64,000 bases of DNA from positions 1-64,000 of the forward strand of contig CBFDEM010000025.1 of the NCBI GenBank assembly GCA_965603825.1, in the 5' to 3' direction. The translations under genes were made by a program, and so were the position numbers. Shown in pieces: positions 39,281 to 51,148 of this stretch. Source of the DNA: Blepharisma stoltei ATCC 30299. Lineage: Eukaryota; Protista; Ciliophora. The notes beneath the pieces are model-generated. The model saw only the letters and a list, made by a program, of their open reading frames with translations. It was not told where the DNA came from and ran no database searches. Position 1 is the first letter of the stretch; each line of letters opens with the position of its first letter.

Positions 39281-40581
39281 TTAGTTATTGTTAAGATTAG
39301 CGATTACATTGATCGTTTTATTTTTCAGGTCAAACCTGTATAAATCATAATAATAGCTGAGAAAATATATCGCATCATCATATAAAGCCTTATATCAAAG
39401 AAGAAATGTTTTTTTGCATGAATTTGAGCCGATATTTTGCCAAGAAAATGGATCATTAATTTCGCTTTCGAAAATTCTTCCTCCAAATTCTATCAAATAA
39501 CCTCTATTGTTTCCTGTAAAAATACTTTTTTGAATGTCTCCAGTAACATCCATACAATCAAAATAGGAATTAAGATCAGGACAATATCCATGCAATTTCA
39601 AAGAATGATACCCCACTACCAGCATGGTATCCCCAAGAACAGCACAGGAGCAATAATCAGTGGTTCTTGGAAGCTTTGCTATTTTTAACCACACTGACTT
39701 ATCAAGATCAAATTTTTCCCAAAAAGCGTTTGACCCACCAAATGCATAAACATAGCCTTTATAGTAAGCAAGCCCTGCAAAATACGTTAATGCGCGAGGA
39801 GGGTGCATTTTTACAGTAAAACTAAATTTAATTGTAAAAGCTTTTGAGCTTGAATTGGAAAGGCAAAAAATTTCATTGTTAGGTAGTAAACACATGGAAT
39901 CATAATAGTCAGGAATTTGTCCTGAATGAGTTAAATTTTTAGAAATTTGGGATTTCGATAAATCAAAACTATAAATATTAGGATCTGATTTTTTTAAATA
40001 AATAAGCTGAGTAGAAAGCATTGAGAATTCACTATTCAAATTATGCTCAAAATTAAAATTTGGATCAATTGAAAATAGCTTGCCTAAAGAGAAAATCACT
40101 CCTTCATAATCTTTAAAAGTTGTGATTTTTAAATTTCTAGTATAATTCTCTATTAATTCTGGGGCCATTTTCAGAATAGTCTCAATAAATGTAGGGTCTC
40201 CATACTCTGGGATTTCAGTTAAATTTTCACATAAACTAATTATTTCTTCGCATGTTTTATTGACTATACCGACATTTAAATTCATCAAATACATAGTGCG
40301 GGTAAAGCCATGCGCTTCATTATTTGTTATTTCATTTCAATATAAATTCACTTTGCTCTTTAATTCTTCCGCGCATCTCCTTAACATTTCTCTGCTTTTT
40401 TCATTAATAACTGTAAAAATACCTTTAATCTCATGTATTTCATCTATATTTTGATGTTCACCTCCATGTCTGGCGCATATAAATTGTTTGAATTCTAGGC
40501 ATCTGCAAGTCTTTATAGGCTTTTCTTGACACTCTTCAATATAGCATCTAATACTTTTATTTTATTCTCATGAAATTTCAT
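39281..40581 (-). pseudogene. Kelch-like copy K2, 1-nt deletion near the start (pseudogene or homopolymer error)
   Basis: Near-identical to K1. Start-to-MYLM distance is 287 nt versus 288 nt in K1; one T is missing in the run near 40556. Confidence 0.65.
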
Positions 40582-40788
40582 ATTTATTAATATTTTGTTA
40601 TGGATTACAAGGAATAATACTTGACTATAAGTAAGATCCTTTTATTTGGAATTTCTGTTATTTTTATATTTTAATCTCCTATTTTTATTTTGGTTTTCTA
40701 AAATTAATTCAGAATATTGACTAAGCAATAAGATTTTCACACTATTTAAGTTACTAAAATTGTCATACTTCAGCTATTTGTCAATTAG

Positions 40789-41670
40789 TTAGCTCTCTCT
40801 TATTTCATGTCTCCATGCCGAAGGATCAGAAAATAAAGCCTGCAATAATCTATGATGCCATTCGTGACCGGGATTATGGGCCGTATAAGCGGCCTGAAGA
40901 GGGGCACCCGCAAGATATAGATCACCGACGGCATCCAGGATTTTATGACGTACATATTCATCATCAAAGCGCAAACCGTCCGGATTCATGACTTTCCCAT
41001 TATCAATGACAACAGTATTCTCCAGAGAAGCTCCTAAAGACAGCCCCTTATCATAAAGCTTCTGCGCGTCTTCATAAAAACCAAAAGATCGGGCAGAGGC
41101 AATATCATTTTTAAAGGCATCCAGTCCTCCTGAAAAATAACCTATGTATTCCCCCATCCCCTGTCTGCCACCAAAATCGAAAGACACGTGTGCTGAGAAC
41201 GCTTCGGCAGGAGAGAGTTGTACGAATCGTCCCTCTGTCCCTTCAAGTCGTACATCCTTCAGGACGCGCAGGAAAGATCGAGGCGTGGATTGCTCCACCA
41301 GCCCAGCAGCTTCTATCATATGAATAAAAGGAAGAGAACTCCCATCCATAAAAGGTATTTCTGGTCCTTGCAGCCTAACCAATGCATTATCAACTCTACA
41401 TATTGCCAAGGCTGCCATAAGATGTTCAATGGTGGCAACTGTGGCGCCTTGATTGTTTCCTAATTGGGTGCACATGAATGTATTCACGACACTGGAAAAG
41501 CGGGCGTGGATTTTTGGCTTGCCCTCCAAATCGCTTCGCTCAAAAACAATACCATGTCCTTGAGGTGCAGGCTCCAGCGTCATTTCCGAAGATTGTCCTG
41601 AGTGCAGCCCTACGCCGCGGCATTGAAAAGGTTGACGAAAAGTTTGTTGAAAAGGTGTAGAATGATTCAT
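40789..41670 (-). CDS. lpxC: UDP-3-O-acyl-N-acetylglucosamine deacetylase, bacterial type (293 aa)
   Basis: GVGLHSG, TIEHLMAAL, EIPFMDGSS, ARSFGF, GASLEN, LRFDDEYVRHKILDAVGDL (HKxLD zinc motif), GH. No introns, no TGA codons, GC clearly above host. Confidence 0.96.
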   Translation of the reverse strand: MNHSTPFQQTFRQPFQCRGVGLHSGQSSEMTLEPAPQGHGIVFERSDLEGKPKIHARFSSVVNTFMCTQLGNNQGATVATIEHLMAALAICRVDNALVRLQGPEIPFMDGSSLPFIHMIEAAGLVEQSTPRSFLRVLKDVRLEGTEGRFVQLSPAEAFSAHVSFDFGGRQGMGEYIGYFSGGLDAFKNDIASARSFGFYEDAQKLYDKGLSLGASLENTVVIDNGKVMNPDGLRFDDEYVRHKILDAVGDLYLAGAPLQAAYTAHNPGHEWHHRLLQALFSDPSAWRHEIRES

Positions 41671-42231
41671 TATGATGTCCCAAAATACATTAATTATAAT
41701 TAATCAAAATTTTATCGTGTATTCAATAGCTTTTTTATTTCGAAATATTTCTAGGAGTGAGAAGTGAAAGACTGGGAATACTTTCTGGCTTCTTCCAGGC
41801 ATTGGGTTGCGTCAGGAGCAAAAATTTGTTTGACCCACTAGGTTTCTGCATGTTTCCAAATAGAGGACCCGGGGCAATCCCCAGAGTTTTTAAATCTTCT
41901 ACTGATAGTGGAAAAACGGGTTTTTCCCAAGAGAGTTGGAGTTGCTCAAGCAAGATGTGGTTATAACCCTGTGCGACTTGAAGTAAAAGAACGTCGCGGG
42001 TTGTTTCCAGTCCATGCTCATAAAGCAGCTCTCTACTGTCCATACAAAGGTGTCCCGCCAATTTTACCAGACTTTCCAATTCCTTCTTTTCTTTATGAGA
42101 GAATTTCAGTTCTTTTAAAAGAATATGAAGAGCCTTTTCATTATCTTTCAAAATAACTGCCAGACGAGGGAGAGCTTTGGGCATGATGTGAAATTCCTGC
42201 TCAAGCTTTATCAACTTTTCTAATTGTTTTA
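40795..42231. other. Bacterial DNA insertion (~1.44 kb) in kelch copy K3
   Basis: Flanks align to K1 sequence 37745-37748 and 37775 onward. About 26 nt of host sequence is missing. No TSD or TIR seen. Confidence 0.85.
41751..42231 (-). pseudogene. 3' fragment of a bacterial CCA tRNA nucleotidyltransferase/poly(A) polymerase family gene, degraded
   Basis: WEKPVFPLSVEDLKTLGIAPGPLFG, then a frameshift. The shifted frame reads HAET*WVKQIFAPDATQCLEEARKY with TAG at 41838-41840. 5' part absent. Confidence 0.75.
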
Positions 42232-43494
42232 TACACTAATCGTTTTATTTTTCAAGTCAAATCTGTATAAATCATAATAATAATTGAGAAGATATATTCC
42301 GTCCTCACATAAAGCCTTATGTGAGGGAAAAAATGCATTTTAGTATGAATTTGAGCCGATATTCTGTCAAGAAAATGGATCATTAATTTCGCTTTCGAAA
42401 ATCCATCCTATAAATTCTATCAAATATCCTCTATTGTTTCCTGTAAAAATTCTTTTTTGAGTGTCTCCAATAAAATCCATACAATCAAAATAGGAATTAA
42501 GATCAGGGCAACATCCATGCAATTTTAAAGAATGATATCCCACTACCAATATTGTATCTCCAAGAACAGCACAAGAAAAATAATCAGTGGCTCTTGGAAG
42601 CTTTGCTATTTTTAATCACACTGACTTATCAAGATCAAATTTTTCCCAAAAATCGCCTGACCCACCAAAAGCATAAACATAGCCTTTATAGTAAGCAAGC
42701 GCTGTAAAATTTGTAAATACACGAGGAGGATAAATTTTTATACCAAACCCAAATGTAATTGTAAAAGCTTTTGAACTTGAATTCGAAAGGTAAAAAATTT
42801 CATTGTTAGGTAGTAAGTATATAGAATCATAATAGTCAGGAATTTCGGTTGAATAAGTTAAATTTGTGGAATTTGGGATTTCAGTAAATCAAAAACATAA
42901 ATTGTAGGATCCAATTCTTTAAAGTAAATAAGCTGAGTAGAAAGCATAGAGAGTTCACTATTTAAATTATGCTCAAAATTAAAATTTGGATCAATTGCCT
43001 AAGGAGAAAATCACTCCTTCATAATCTTTAAAAGTTGTGATTTTTCAATGTCTAACATAATCCTCTATTAATTCAATGGGCATTTTCAGAATAGTCTCCA
43101 TAAATGTAGGGTCTCCATACTCTGGGATTTCAGTCAAATTTTCACATAAACTAATTATTTCTTCACATTTTTTATTGATTATACCAACATTTAAATTCAT
43201 CAAATACATATTGTGAGTAAAGCCATAAACTTCATTATTTTTTATTTCATTTCAATATAAATTCACTTTGCTCTTTAATTCTTCTGCGCATCTCCTTAAT
43301 ATTTCTCTGCTTTTTTCATTAATAACTGTAAAAATACCATTCATCTCGTGTATTTCTATATTTTGATGTTCACCTGCATGTTTGGCGCATATAAATTGTT
43401 TGAGTCCTAGGCATTTACAAGTCTTTATAGGCTTTTCTTGACACTCTTCAATATAGCATCTAATACTTTTTATTTTATTCTCATGAAATTTCAT
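42229..43494 (-). pseudogene. Kelch-like copy K3, frameshifted and 3'-truncated by the bacterial insert
   Basis: 11-nt deletion near 42997 relative to K1/K2. New TAA at the insertion junction 42229-42231. Confidence 0.8.
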
Positions 43495-43537
43495 ATTTAT
43501 TAATATTTTGTTATAGATTACATGGAGTAATACTTGA

Positions 43538-44152
43538 CTATAACTCTGCTGGAGATTTAGAATCAATCCCTGCTAATGAAAAGGACTTAGAAATTGGCGA
43601 ATTTCCAAGTGATTTCGAGTTTTCTTTTGTAATAAAAAGACTTGTATCCGCTTCTATAGGAGGTAATTTACCTTTCTTCACTTCGCTTTTTGAAATACTT
43701 TTCTGAATTTGTGCATTTTTGAACCTCGATCGGTTCCCAGCATACTGCTGAAACTGTTGAAACTCTTTTTCCATTGACTTTCGGTCAAGTCCTGAGCTGG
43801 CTTCATTGATCCGTTTTATAATCCTTTGATTTTCTTCATTAATTTTGGCATTGCTTAGTCTTCATTTGTGGACATGTAAAGATTTTGGGCTTCAGTGGTG
43901 GTTTTCGAATTTTTTACTTTTTTGGTGAATATTGACGATTTTTTCTAATAAATGATAGTTTTCTGATTGGATATTTCGAGATCGTTGGATTGGATAAGAT
44001 CCATGGCCATACTTTTTGGTGACAGGATTAAGGTACTGCTCTGGCATACGATTATCAATGTTTTTTGAAGGCTTTTTCTTGATTTCATCAAGTTTCTTGT
44101 TATGTTTCGCAATATCAAGGGCTCTTTCCCATGCAGAATAGGGATTAAGCAT
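43538..44152 (-). CDS. CFAP97/Hemingway (KIAA1430)-like protein
   Basis: H.KKL.EIK..IDN..P, I..EN..LLEKI..I, INEENQRIIKRI. Two TGA read as Trp. Confidence 0.72.
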
Positions 44153-44197
44153 ATTTAATTTGTTTAAAAATGCATGAAATAAATTGAAGATTTTATA

Positions 44198-44857
44198 TTA
44201 CTCCATCGTTCTTGGCTTTGGTCTATAGTAAACTTGGAAAACCATCCCATCCTCAATATTGCAGCTAATTAAACTGTCATTTTCTCTTATTTCTTTTCCA
44301 CCGAAAAAAAGTCTCATTTTATCAGTTTGAATCCCATTCTTTTCTAAAATAATTTGCTTTAGGTCTCTACCAGTTTTTGTATTGTCAACTTCTACTTCAA
44401 TATCATTGGGACTTGAAGAGATCCTTCCTTTTAATTTTATAATTTCTTGCTTGATGATCTTTTTTGATATAAATCCTCCAGGTGGAAAGATAGGGTCATT
44501 AATCATAAATGGAGGGACATTATACCGATTTCCTTCAGCGTCAACGCATACAGACATGGTATCTTTTTCGACCTTGATTTCAGCCATTTCTAGAATTGCT
44601 TTCGCAGTTTCTGCATCTGCTTCAGCAGCTTGTCTGATGTACAGTCATATATGTCTGTGACCTGTTTTTTGTACACACCAAAACTCTTCTCGTTTTCGCC
44701 TCAGTTCTTCACCTGTAATAGTAGCTTGCCAAGCTGGGGTTCTTTTAATGCCTTCTCCTGCTTCTTTGCCGTCTAATTCTTTATAGTCATTTGCTATGAA
44801 AAAGTCAAGTTTATTAACGTCACCTTCATATTCAGTACGAGTCCCACAGCAGCCCAT
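44198..44857 (-). CDS. UBTD1/2 (DC-UbP)-like ubiquitin-domain protein
   Basis: MGCCG lipidation motif, LRRKREEFW..G..HI(W=TGA), CVDAEGNRYNVPPF..DP, C-terminal UBL (RLFFGGKE). Confidence 0.88.
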
Positions 44858-44945
44858 TTACAGTTCTCTAAAAAATATGCGTTAGTTTACAAAATTTAAA
44901 TGGAAGCAAAAACTGTGGTGAAATGAAAAATATAAATTCAAAATT

Positions 44946-45692
44946 TTAATTATTTTTAAATTCCCAAGTATCAATATCAAAAGCATTATAGCAGCTAGAA
45001 TGCTCGGATTCTGGAGTTTTGGAGAATGGTGTAATTATTTCGTCTGTTTGTAAACCTTGATCTGTAACTTGAATTTTGATGATATTTATAGGTTTTGCTA
45101 ATTTTTGAGAAAATCTTGTTAATACTTTTTTGTGGGCAGGGCTTAAATTCTTAGGCATTATTTCCAAGGACAGATCTCGATTTTTATCCTGAAAGCTAAT
45201 TTCTTTTATTGGGACTAGGCCTCTTGTATAATCCTCATTTTGAGGGGAAGCCTCAACTGAGTCATTTATGCAAGACAAAGCAGATAATTGCTTTATTCTT
45301 TTTCCTTTTTTATTTTTTCCTTGAAAAATGCGTTCAGGTTTTATATACGATTTTTCAGCCCTTTGATGCTCAGAATTAGATTTTAAGTGATTTGGTGAAT
45401 TTCCATGAGTAAAAAGCCTTGAGATATTATACCCAAAAGAAGACTTTGATTGAGCCGATGGAGAAGGCGGCTGAGCATTCATAATTTTAATAGAATTTTC
45501 TTCTCAAAACCTTGAAAAAATACTTTCATGCTTGGATTCTGATTTCTTTTGAAAATCAAGAGAAGATCCTACTAAATGTCTGAATTTGTGGGGAGGAATT
45601 TTTTCATCTAGACTTATAGGCGAATATAGGCAGCCAAATCGTTCTTGCTTTTGCTGCTTTTTTAGCGGAGGAAGAGATATGACCCTGCTCAT
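44946..45692 (-). CDS. Hypothetical low-complexity basic protein
   Basis: Two ORFs joined in frame by TGA at 45504. Confidence 0.65.
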
Positions 45693-45907
45693 ATTAGTTT
45701 AGCATTTCATTAGTAAGGACTTTATTCTTAATTAATGGAATAATTGTTTCTACCCACATTTAATCTCATATTTGATATATTAAAATTGTATTAAAAATAT
45801 TTGTATTTGGAATGTCTTAAAATACAATTTCGATATGCAGATCAACAACATTTAAAATATTTTCGTTTTTTATAGCTACAAAATTAATTTTATTAAAAAA
45901 TTCAAAA

Positions 45908-48100
45908 ATGAAAGCGGATTCGAGACTTAAAAACGACTTCTCAGACTTAATTGATTGGATCAATTCCTTTGACGTCCCTTCTTGCCTGCTAGCTTCTTCT
46001 ATTGAAGATTTAAAATCTGGAATCGTCCTCTGTGACGCTCTGGCCTATCTAAAATCCCGTCCCTTATTCCCAGATGTAAAGCGACATTCAAATTTTCAAA
46101 AATCCCCGAAATCTTCTGCAATACACAATTTTCAAGTATTTTTAAGAGAAGTTGGAAGCTCACTTCCTTCTCCCCTCAATTCTTACACACCTCAAGACTT
46201 ATTTTCAGTGATTTCTATGTAGGACTTTAATAAACTTTACAATATTCTCAAATGGCTTTCCGCAATTTTTGGTCATGAAACAGTCAATGAAGAGCTGACA
46301 GAAAGAGAAATCAAACGGCCAAACACGTCAACAGATAGCAAATCGCTTACAAAGAATTATTCAAAGGTAATTCAGAGCTCTCCTCCAAAATCCTATGAAA
46401 GAGCAGTGTCAACTCCAAAAGCAAGAGAAAATTCTTCATATTCACAACAAAGGCTATTTAAAACTCCGAGATCTCATACACCGATTTCGCAGGCAAAAAA
46501 CAGGTTGGCAAGTCCGAAAAGTATTGTGAAAAAACAAGCTGCACCAAAAACATTTTTGCCTTTAAATAAGCTGCAAGATATAGAGCAGCCTTATGATCCT
46601 CCACAAAGGACTAGAAGGGAAATCAGAATTATTTCTGACTCAGTGAAATCTCAAGTTCATGACTGGCTTGCAGGACTGAATATTGTAAAAAATGATATAA
46701 TTGAAGAAGCCAGCTCTGGGACATTATTTTGTGATTTAATTAATAGATTAGAAGGACGGCAAGAAGTAATCAAAGGAATTCACCGAACAAAGAATAAGTC
46801 TTCCATACAAGCAAACATAAATAAAGCATTAAGCTACCTTAGGCAGCTTGAAAAATTTTCTAGCGAGCATCTTTGAAACGGACACAACATTATGGATGGG
46901 GACGAAAACGAAATTTGGGGACTGCTAAAAGATATTTATGACTATTATTCCATCTCAAAATCACAAAACAGCCAAAATAACTCATTTTACTCAGCTAGAA
47001 ATAATAAGTCGCCCAAAGGATTGTATAGGTTTGATATGGGAAAATCAACGTCAAGGATTTTATCACCAAGGCCTGTCATTACTGAAAGTGAGCAGATTGA
47101 GCCAAATTTTCTAGAAAATAATAGACATAAAGAAATTTCTCAAGAAACTATTAGAAAGATAAAATTTTGACTAAGAAACCTAGGACTTGGGCATTTATTG
47201 GAGCTCGAAGGAAAGCATTTTTTGCAAGACCCATTTAGAAATGGATATATAATCTCAGAAGTTGTAAAAACCATTGACGGAGAAAAATCATCAAAAGCCT
47301 TTCCTTCCTGCAAAAACGTACAAAATACCAAAGAAAATATTCGATTATCTTTAGATTCTTTAAAGACAAATCATAGGTCAATTTTTAGCAGTTACCAATA
47401 CGACATAGATGAAATTCTTAATGGAGAGAAAAAAACAATATGATGCTTACTAGAAGAACTTATGATAGAAAATTCCCCACACAGAGTACTATCCAATGAA
47501 AGAATTTCTGACCCAAAGCTTCTTTTACAATTAGAAAAATCAATGTTTGCTTTTCAAAAAGCAGCTCCAAGGCTACCATTTTCAAAAGAAGACGAGCTAA
47601 GATCGCCCAAACAAATTTCTTTTTTAGAAGATTCCAGGAATTTTTCATTAAATAGGTCAGCAAAAAATGAAGATATTTTTCCTGATAGAAAAGAAAGCCG
47701 ACAAAATTTCAGTTACCGAAGTAGCTTTAACTTTAATTGGTTGCAGATTTTTGGAATAAATATTGATATGGAAAATGACGTGATACCTGAATTCAGCTCA
47801 GGAGTTTTACTGTGTGAAATTCTACAAAAATTAGAACGAAGGAAGATTCCTGGAGTTGACGCGAGGCCTAAATCGACTCCTGTGTGTTTACATAACGTTG
47901 CAAAAGCTTTGGATGTATTAAAAGCTAAACCAAAGTTTCCAAGTAAATTGTTTTTTATAGAAAATGATATAGTTAACGGTAAAGGGGAGACTATCAGAGA
48001 ATTATTGTTAAGTATTTTCAAAATTTATAAGGTCACGATAAATTCGCTATCGAAATTCAGAAGTAAATCTCATGAAAGGGTAAGCAATAGTTTTTTATAA
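45908..48100 (+). CDS. Protein with about four calponin-homology (CH)-like domains; intron 46208-46222
   Basis: Repeated W(I/L)...D/E..SG..LC motifs: DLKSGIVLCD, EASSGTLFCDLINRL, DPFRNGYIISEVV, EFSSGVLLCEILQKL. Intron GTGATTTCTATGTAG. Confidence 0.8.
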
Positions 48101-48115
48101 TTTTATATTTAAAAA

Positions 48116-48928
48116 TTAGTAATAATAAAATAGACGAATTAAAGCAGAGATTTGAAAAACTAAGACTTCTTTGATATAGACTAAGTCTTCTTGATTGTAG
48201 CCTATTTGTGTGATTTCATGCAGAAGAACTGCTAAGGAAACAGTAAAAAATACTATTAGGATAATTGATACAATAAATCCAAGGGTGTTAGGAATAAAGC
48301 TGTAGATCATAAGAAGAAAATAAAAGGCTTTGATTTTAGGAAAAATTCGTTCTCTTATGCATGCTGCAATCCAAAACCAGGCAAGCTTTGATAGCAGAGC
48401 GCCAGGGACTAAAATAGGGACTCAATAGAAAATGACTGTAAAATTCCCTAAAAACGCAGATAAAGAGGAAGAAATCACATAAAATGCCCAAATGCTGAAA
48501 TTGAGTATAAAATCAAATATCATAGTAAGCAGAATTGCTAAATATTCTCCAATTCATATCAAAGAAGTATATCCAAAGTGTGCTCCCTTTTCTATTGCAT
48601 CCATGGAAATTTTGTCTGAAAATAGATAAGTCAAGATAAGCAAAACAATTGTAGTAATTACCCATAAAATGGTATTTTTGCTTTTATTCTCCTTCTTTCT
48701 GTTAATTATATGTGCGTTCACTTCAACTTCATTTAATTTTTTACTTAGCAATTTGTTGTAATCAATTTCATTTCCCACCTCTTCTTCAAAACTTCCATCA
48801 TTATAAGTAATTCACATGTTTTTCTCATCTACATTATAAACAGAGCTCAATTTTTCTATCAGTCTTTCATAGCTTTCTGGCGGTCTGCTCAGCCTTATAT
48901 CTTTCCTAATTTTAGATCTAACTATCAT
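48116..48928 (-). CDS. Multi-pass membrane protein with possible N-terminal PB1-like domain
   Basis: Open frame with TGA=Trp. P.SY..L......ITYND acidic motif, then several hydrophobic helices. Confidence 0.65.
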
Positions 48929-48957
48929 ATTTTTACAATTTACGCTATAAACAAAAA

Positions 48958-50661
48958 TTAAATATTTTTTTCATCCATCTCTAAAAGCTGGTAGCAACAA
49001 GTAGCATGATTTATATCGTGGACTTTTAAGCTCCTTAATACATAATCTTGTGGAAATCCATACAAAAATAATTTGTTTAAAATCTTTTTATCAATGGCAA
49101 CATCCTCTGAGTCAGCCATTTCTGTATTTGCTTTAGTTGAAGCCTCGTCATTTTTTATCCCACAGTCATCAAATCATGGATGGGACATTATGTCGTCCAA
49201 AGAAATTCTTAAATGAGGAATCGGATTAAGCAGCCTTTTTATTAAATCCTGGACTCCAGCTGATAGGCCGTCTGGCATGCTATATTTGCATTTTAATATC
49301 AGCTTATGCAAGTCTACTAGAGTTTTAGCTTTAAATGGGACCGTTCCACAGATCATGGCATACAAAAGTACGCCCATACTCCACAAGTCGACATAAAATG
49401 GCTGATACCCTCTATCTACAATGATTTCTGGGGCTAAATAGGCAGGTGTTCCACACTGTTCATCTATGATTTGGTCCCTTTTAGCCACCCTGCTGACTCC
49501 AAAATCACACAATTTTGCTACAGAAAAATTATTTGATAATAAAATATTATCAAGTTTTATATCTCTATGTATCACATTTTTATCATGGCAGGCTTTTACA
49601 GCCAAAACCACCTGCCAAAACAAAAATTTTGCTTCATTTTCATTCAATTTTCCTTTTGCTTTAATTAATTGTAACAAATCTCCTCCATCAGAGTACTCTA
49701 AAACCATCATTATATGGTTTTCTGATTCAAAAATTTCTAATAGCCTTGTAACATTTACATGGTGGATCCTATTCATAACGAAAACTTCTTGGAAAACTTT
49801 TTGCCTTATTCTTTCATCTTTGATATTGCCTTTATGTATAGCTTTTATTGCAACTTTTAAGCCTGTAAGCCTGTTTAAGGCTAAATAGACTTTTCCAAAA
49901 GACCCTTTTCCCAGCTGTTTTATTAAGTCATAAAAATCAGTCCCAGTCTTAGGCGGTAGCCCAGTCTTGCGAAAACCTGAAATAATTGCTAAAATCAGAT
50001 TCTGACGTTCATTTTCGTCATTTTCACGTCTTGGCGTTTCATGTTTTTCAAAGGTAGCTCCTATGCTTCGGTTAAGAGAAACTTGTCGGTGTAAGTCTGA
50101 GTCTTCTTCGCTGAGATTTCTTTTATGTGTTTTCTTTAATGTCTGCTCTTGGGATGGGCATATTATTACGCTTGGCTCTTGGATTTTATAATGCTTTTGA
50201 TTGGGGTTTGAAGCCTGGAAATTTGCAAGCCTTCCTTTTACTATATATGGAGAGGCTAATAATTTTTCAGTCAGTGTCGGGATATCAGATTTTACTCGTC
50301 GATGACTCGGCTTTACAACAAAAGGGTTAGTAGGCCGAGATTGATTTTTTTCTATTCTTATTGGGGAGGGCTTACGGGATGAGGTGTTTTTTAGAGAGAC
50401 TTGAAGAGCTTTTGCAAACTTCTGTGAGTCAATTTTTACATTTGGCTGTGGAGGATTAAAGAAGTTTTTGCTGCGATTATTTGCAAGTTTCGGAGAGCGA
50501 CTTGATGATATTGACTTTTTTACAAGGGCGATTGGGCTTGTTAAACGTGTGTTACTTTTTAGTTTGTTGGCAGATATGATTAATTGTTGGCGAAGAATTG
50601 GCTCGGCAGAGAGATCTGACCTTTTGATTTTAGATGAATTAGGGCGGATATACTCAACCAT
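48958..50661 (-). CDS. CAMK-group (SNF1/AMPK/MARK-like) Ser/Thr kinase with C-terminal UBA-like domain
   Basis: GKGSFG, VAIK, HRDIKLDN, DFG, CGTPAYLAPE, DLWSMG, HP(W=TGA)F, GFPQDYV...NHATCCYQLL. Confidence 0.93.
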
Positions 50662-51148
50662 TATCAGTTTAATTATATGATAAATAGATAATATCAAAGC
50701 TAGCTTTCGGAGAAGATTGTGAGTTTACATATTTGGCATTGAGTCTCTATAAGTTAAGTGATACTCAAATTATAATGATTTATTTAATGCTGCCGTTTTA
50801 AATGCTCTAATAAAAAATTAAGATAAATTGAATAAGCTATTATTTATATAAAAATTAATGAATTTTTGATGAAATACTAAAGTATAGCTTATTAGAGAGG
50901 CTAAAGGATATAAGCGATTCTTAATGAACACAAATTGAGCAATAATTATAAATTCCCAGTAAAATGGAGGATTTTATATAATAAGCAATTGAGAATAAAA
51001 AATTAGAAAAGAGAAAACAGATAAAAAAGTTTTATAAAAATGATTATAAGAAGATTCATATTGTTTTGTCAACAAAGGGGACTAATTTTTCAAATTGTGA
51101 TTATTCGGAATATCTTGCAAGAGAGTGTAATGAAATAATAAAAATTAA

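Noticed and set aside
41689-41704. Palindrome ATTAATTATAATTAAT upstream of lpxC as a CtrA box or sigma70 promoter
   Set aside because: TTAA half-sites are 6 nt apart rather than 7, the -35/-10 spacing is poor, and an AT-only palindrome can arise by chance.
40795-42231. Transposon or IES explanation for the insert
   Set aside because: No transposase, terminal inverted repeats or matching terminal direct repeats, and host bases are deleted at the site.
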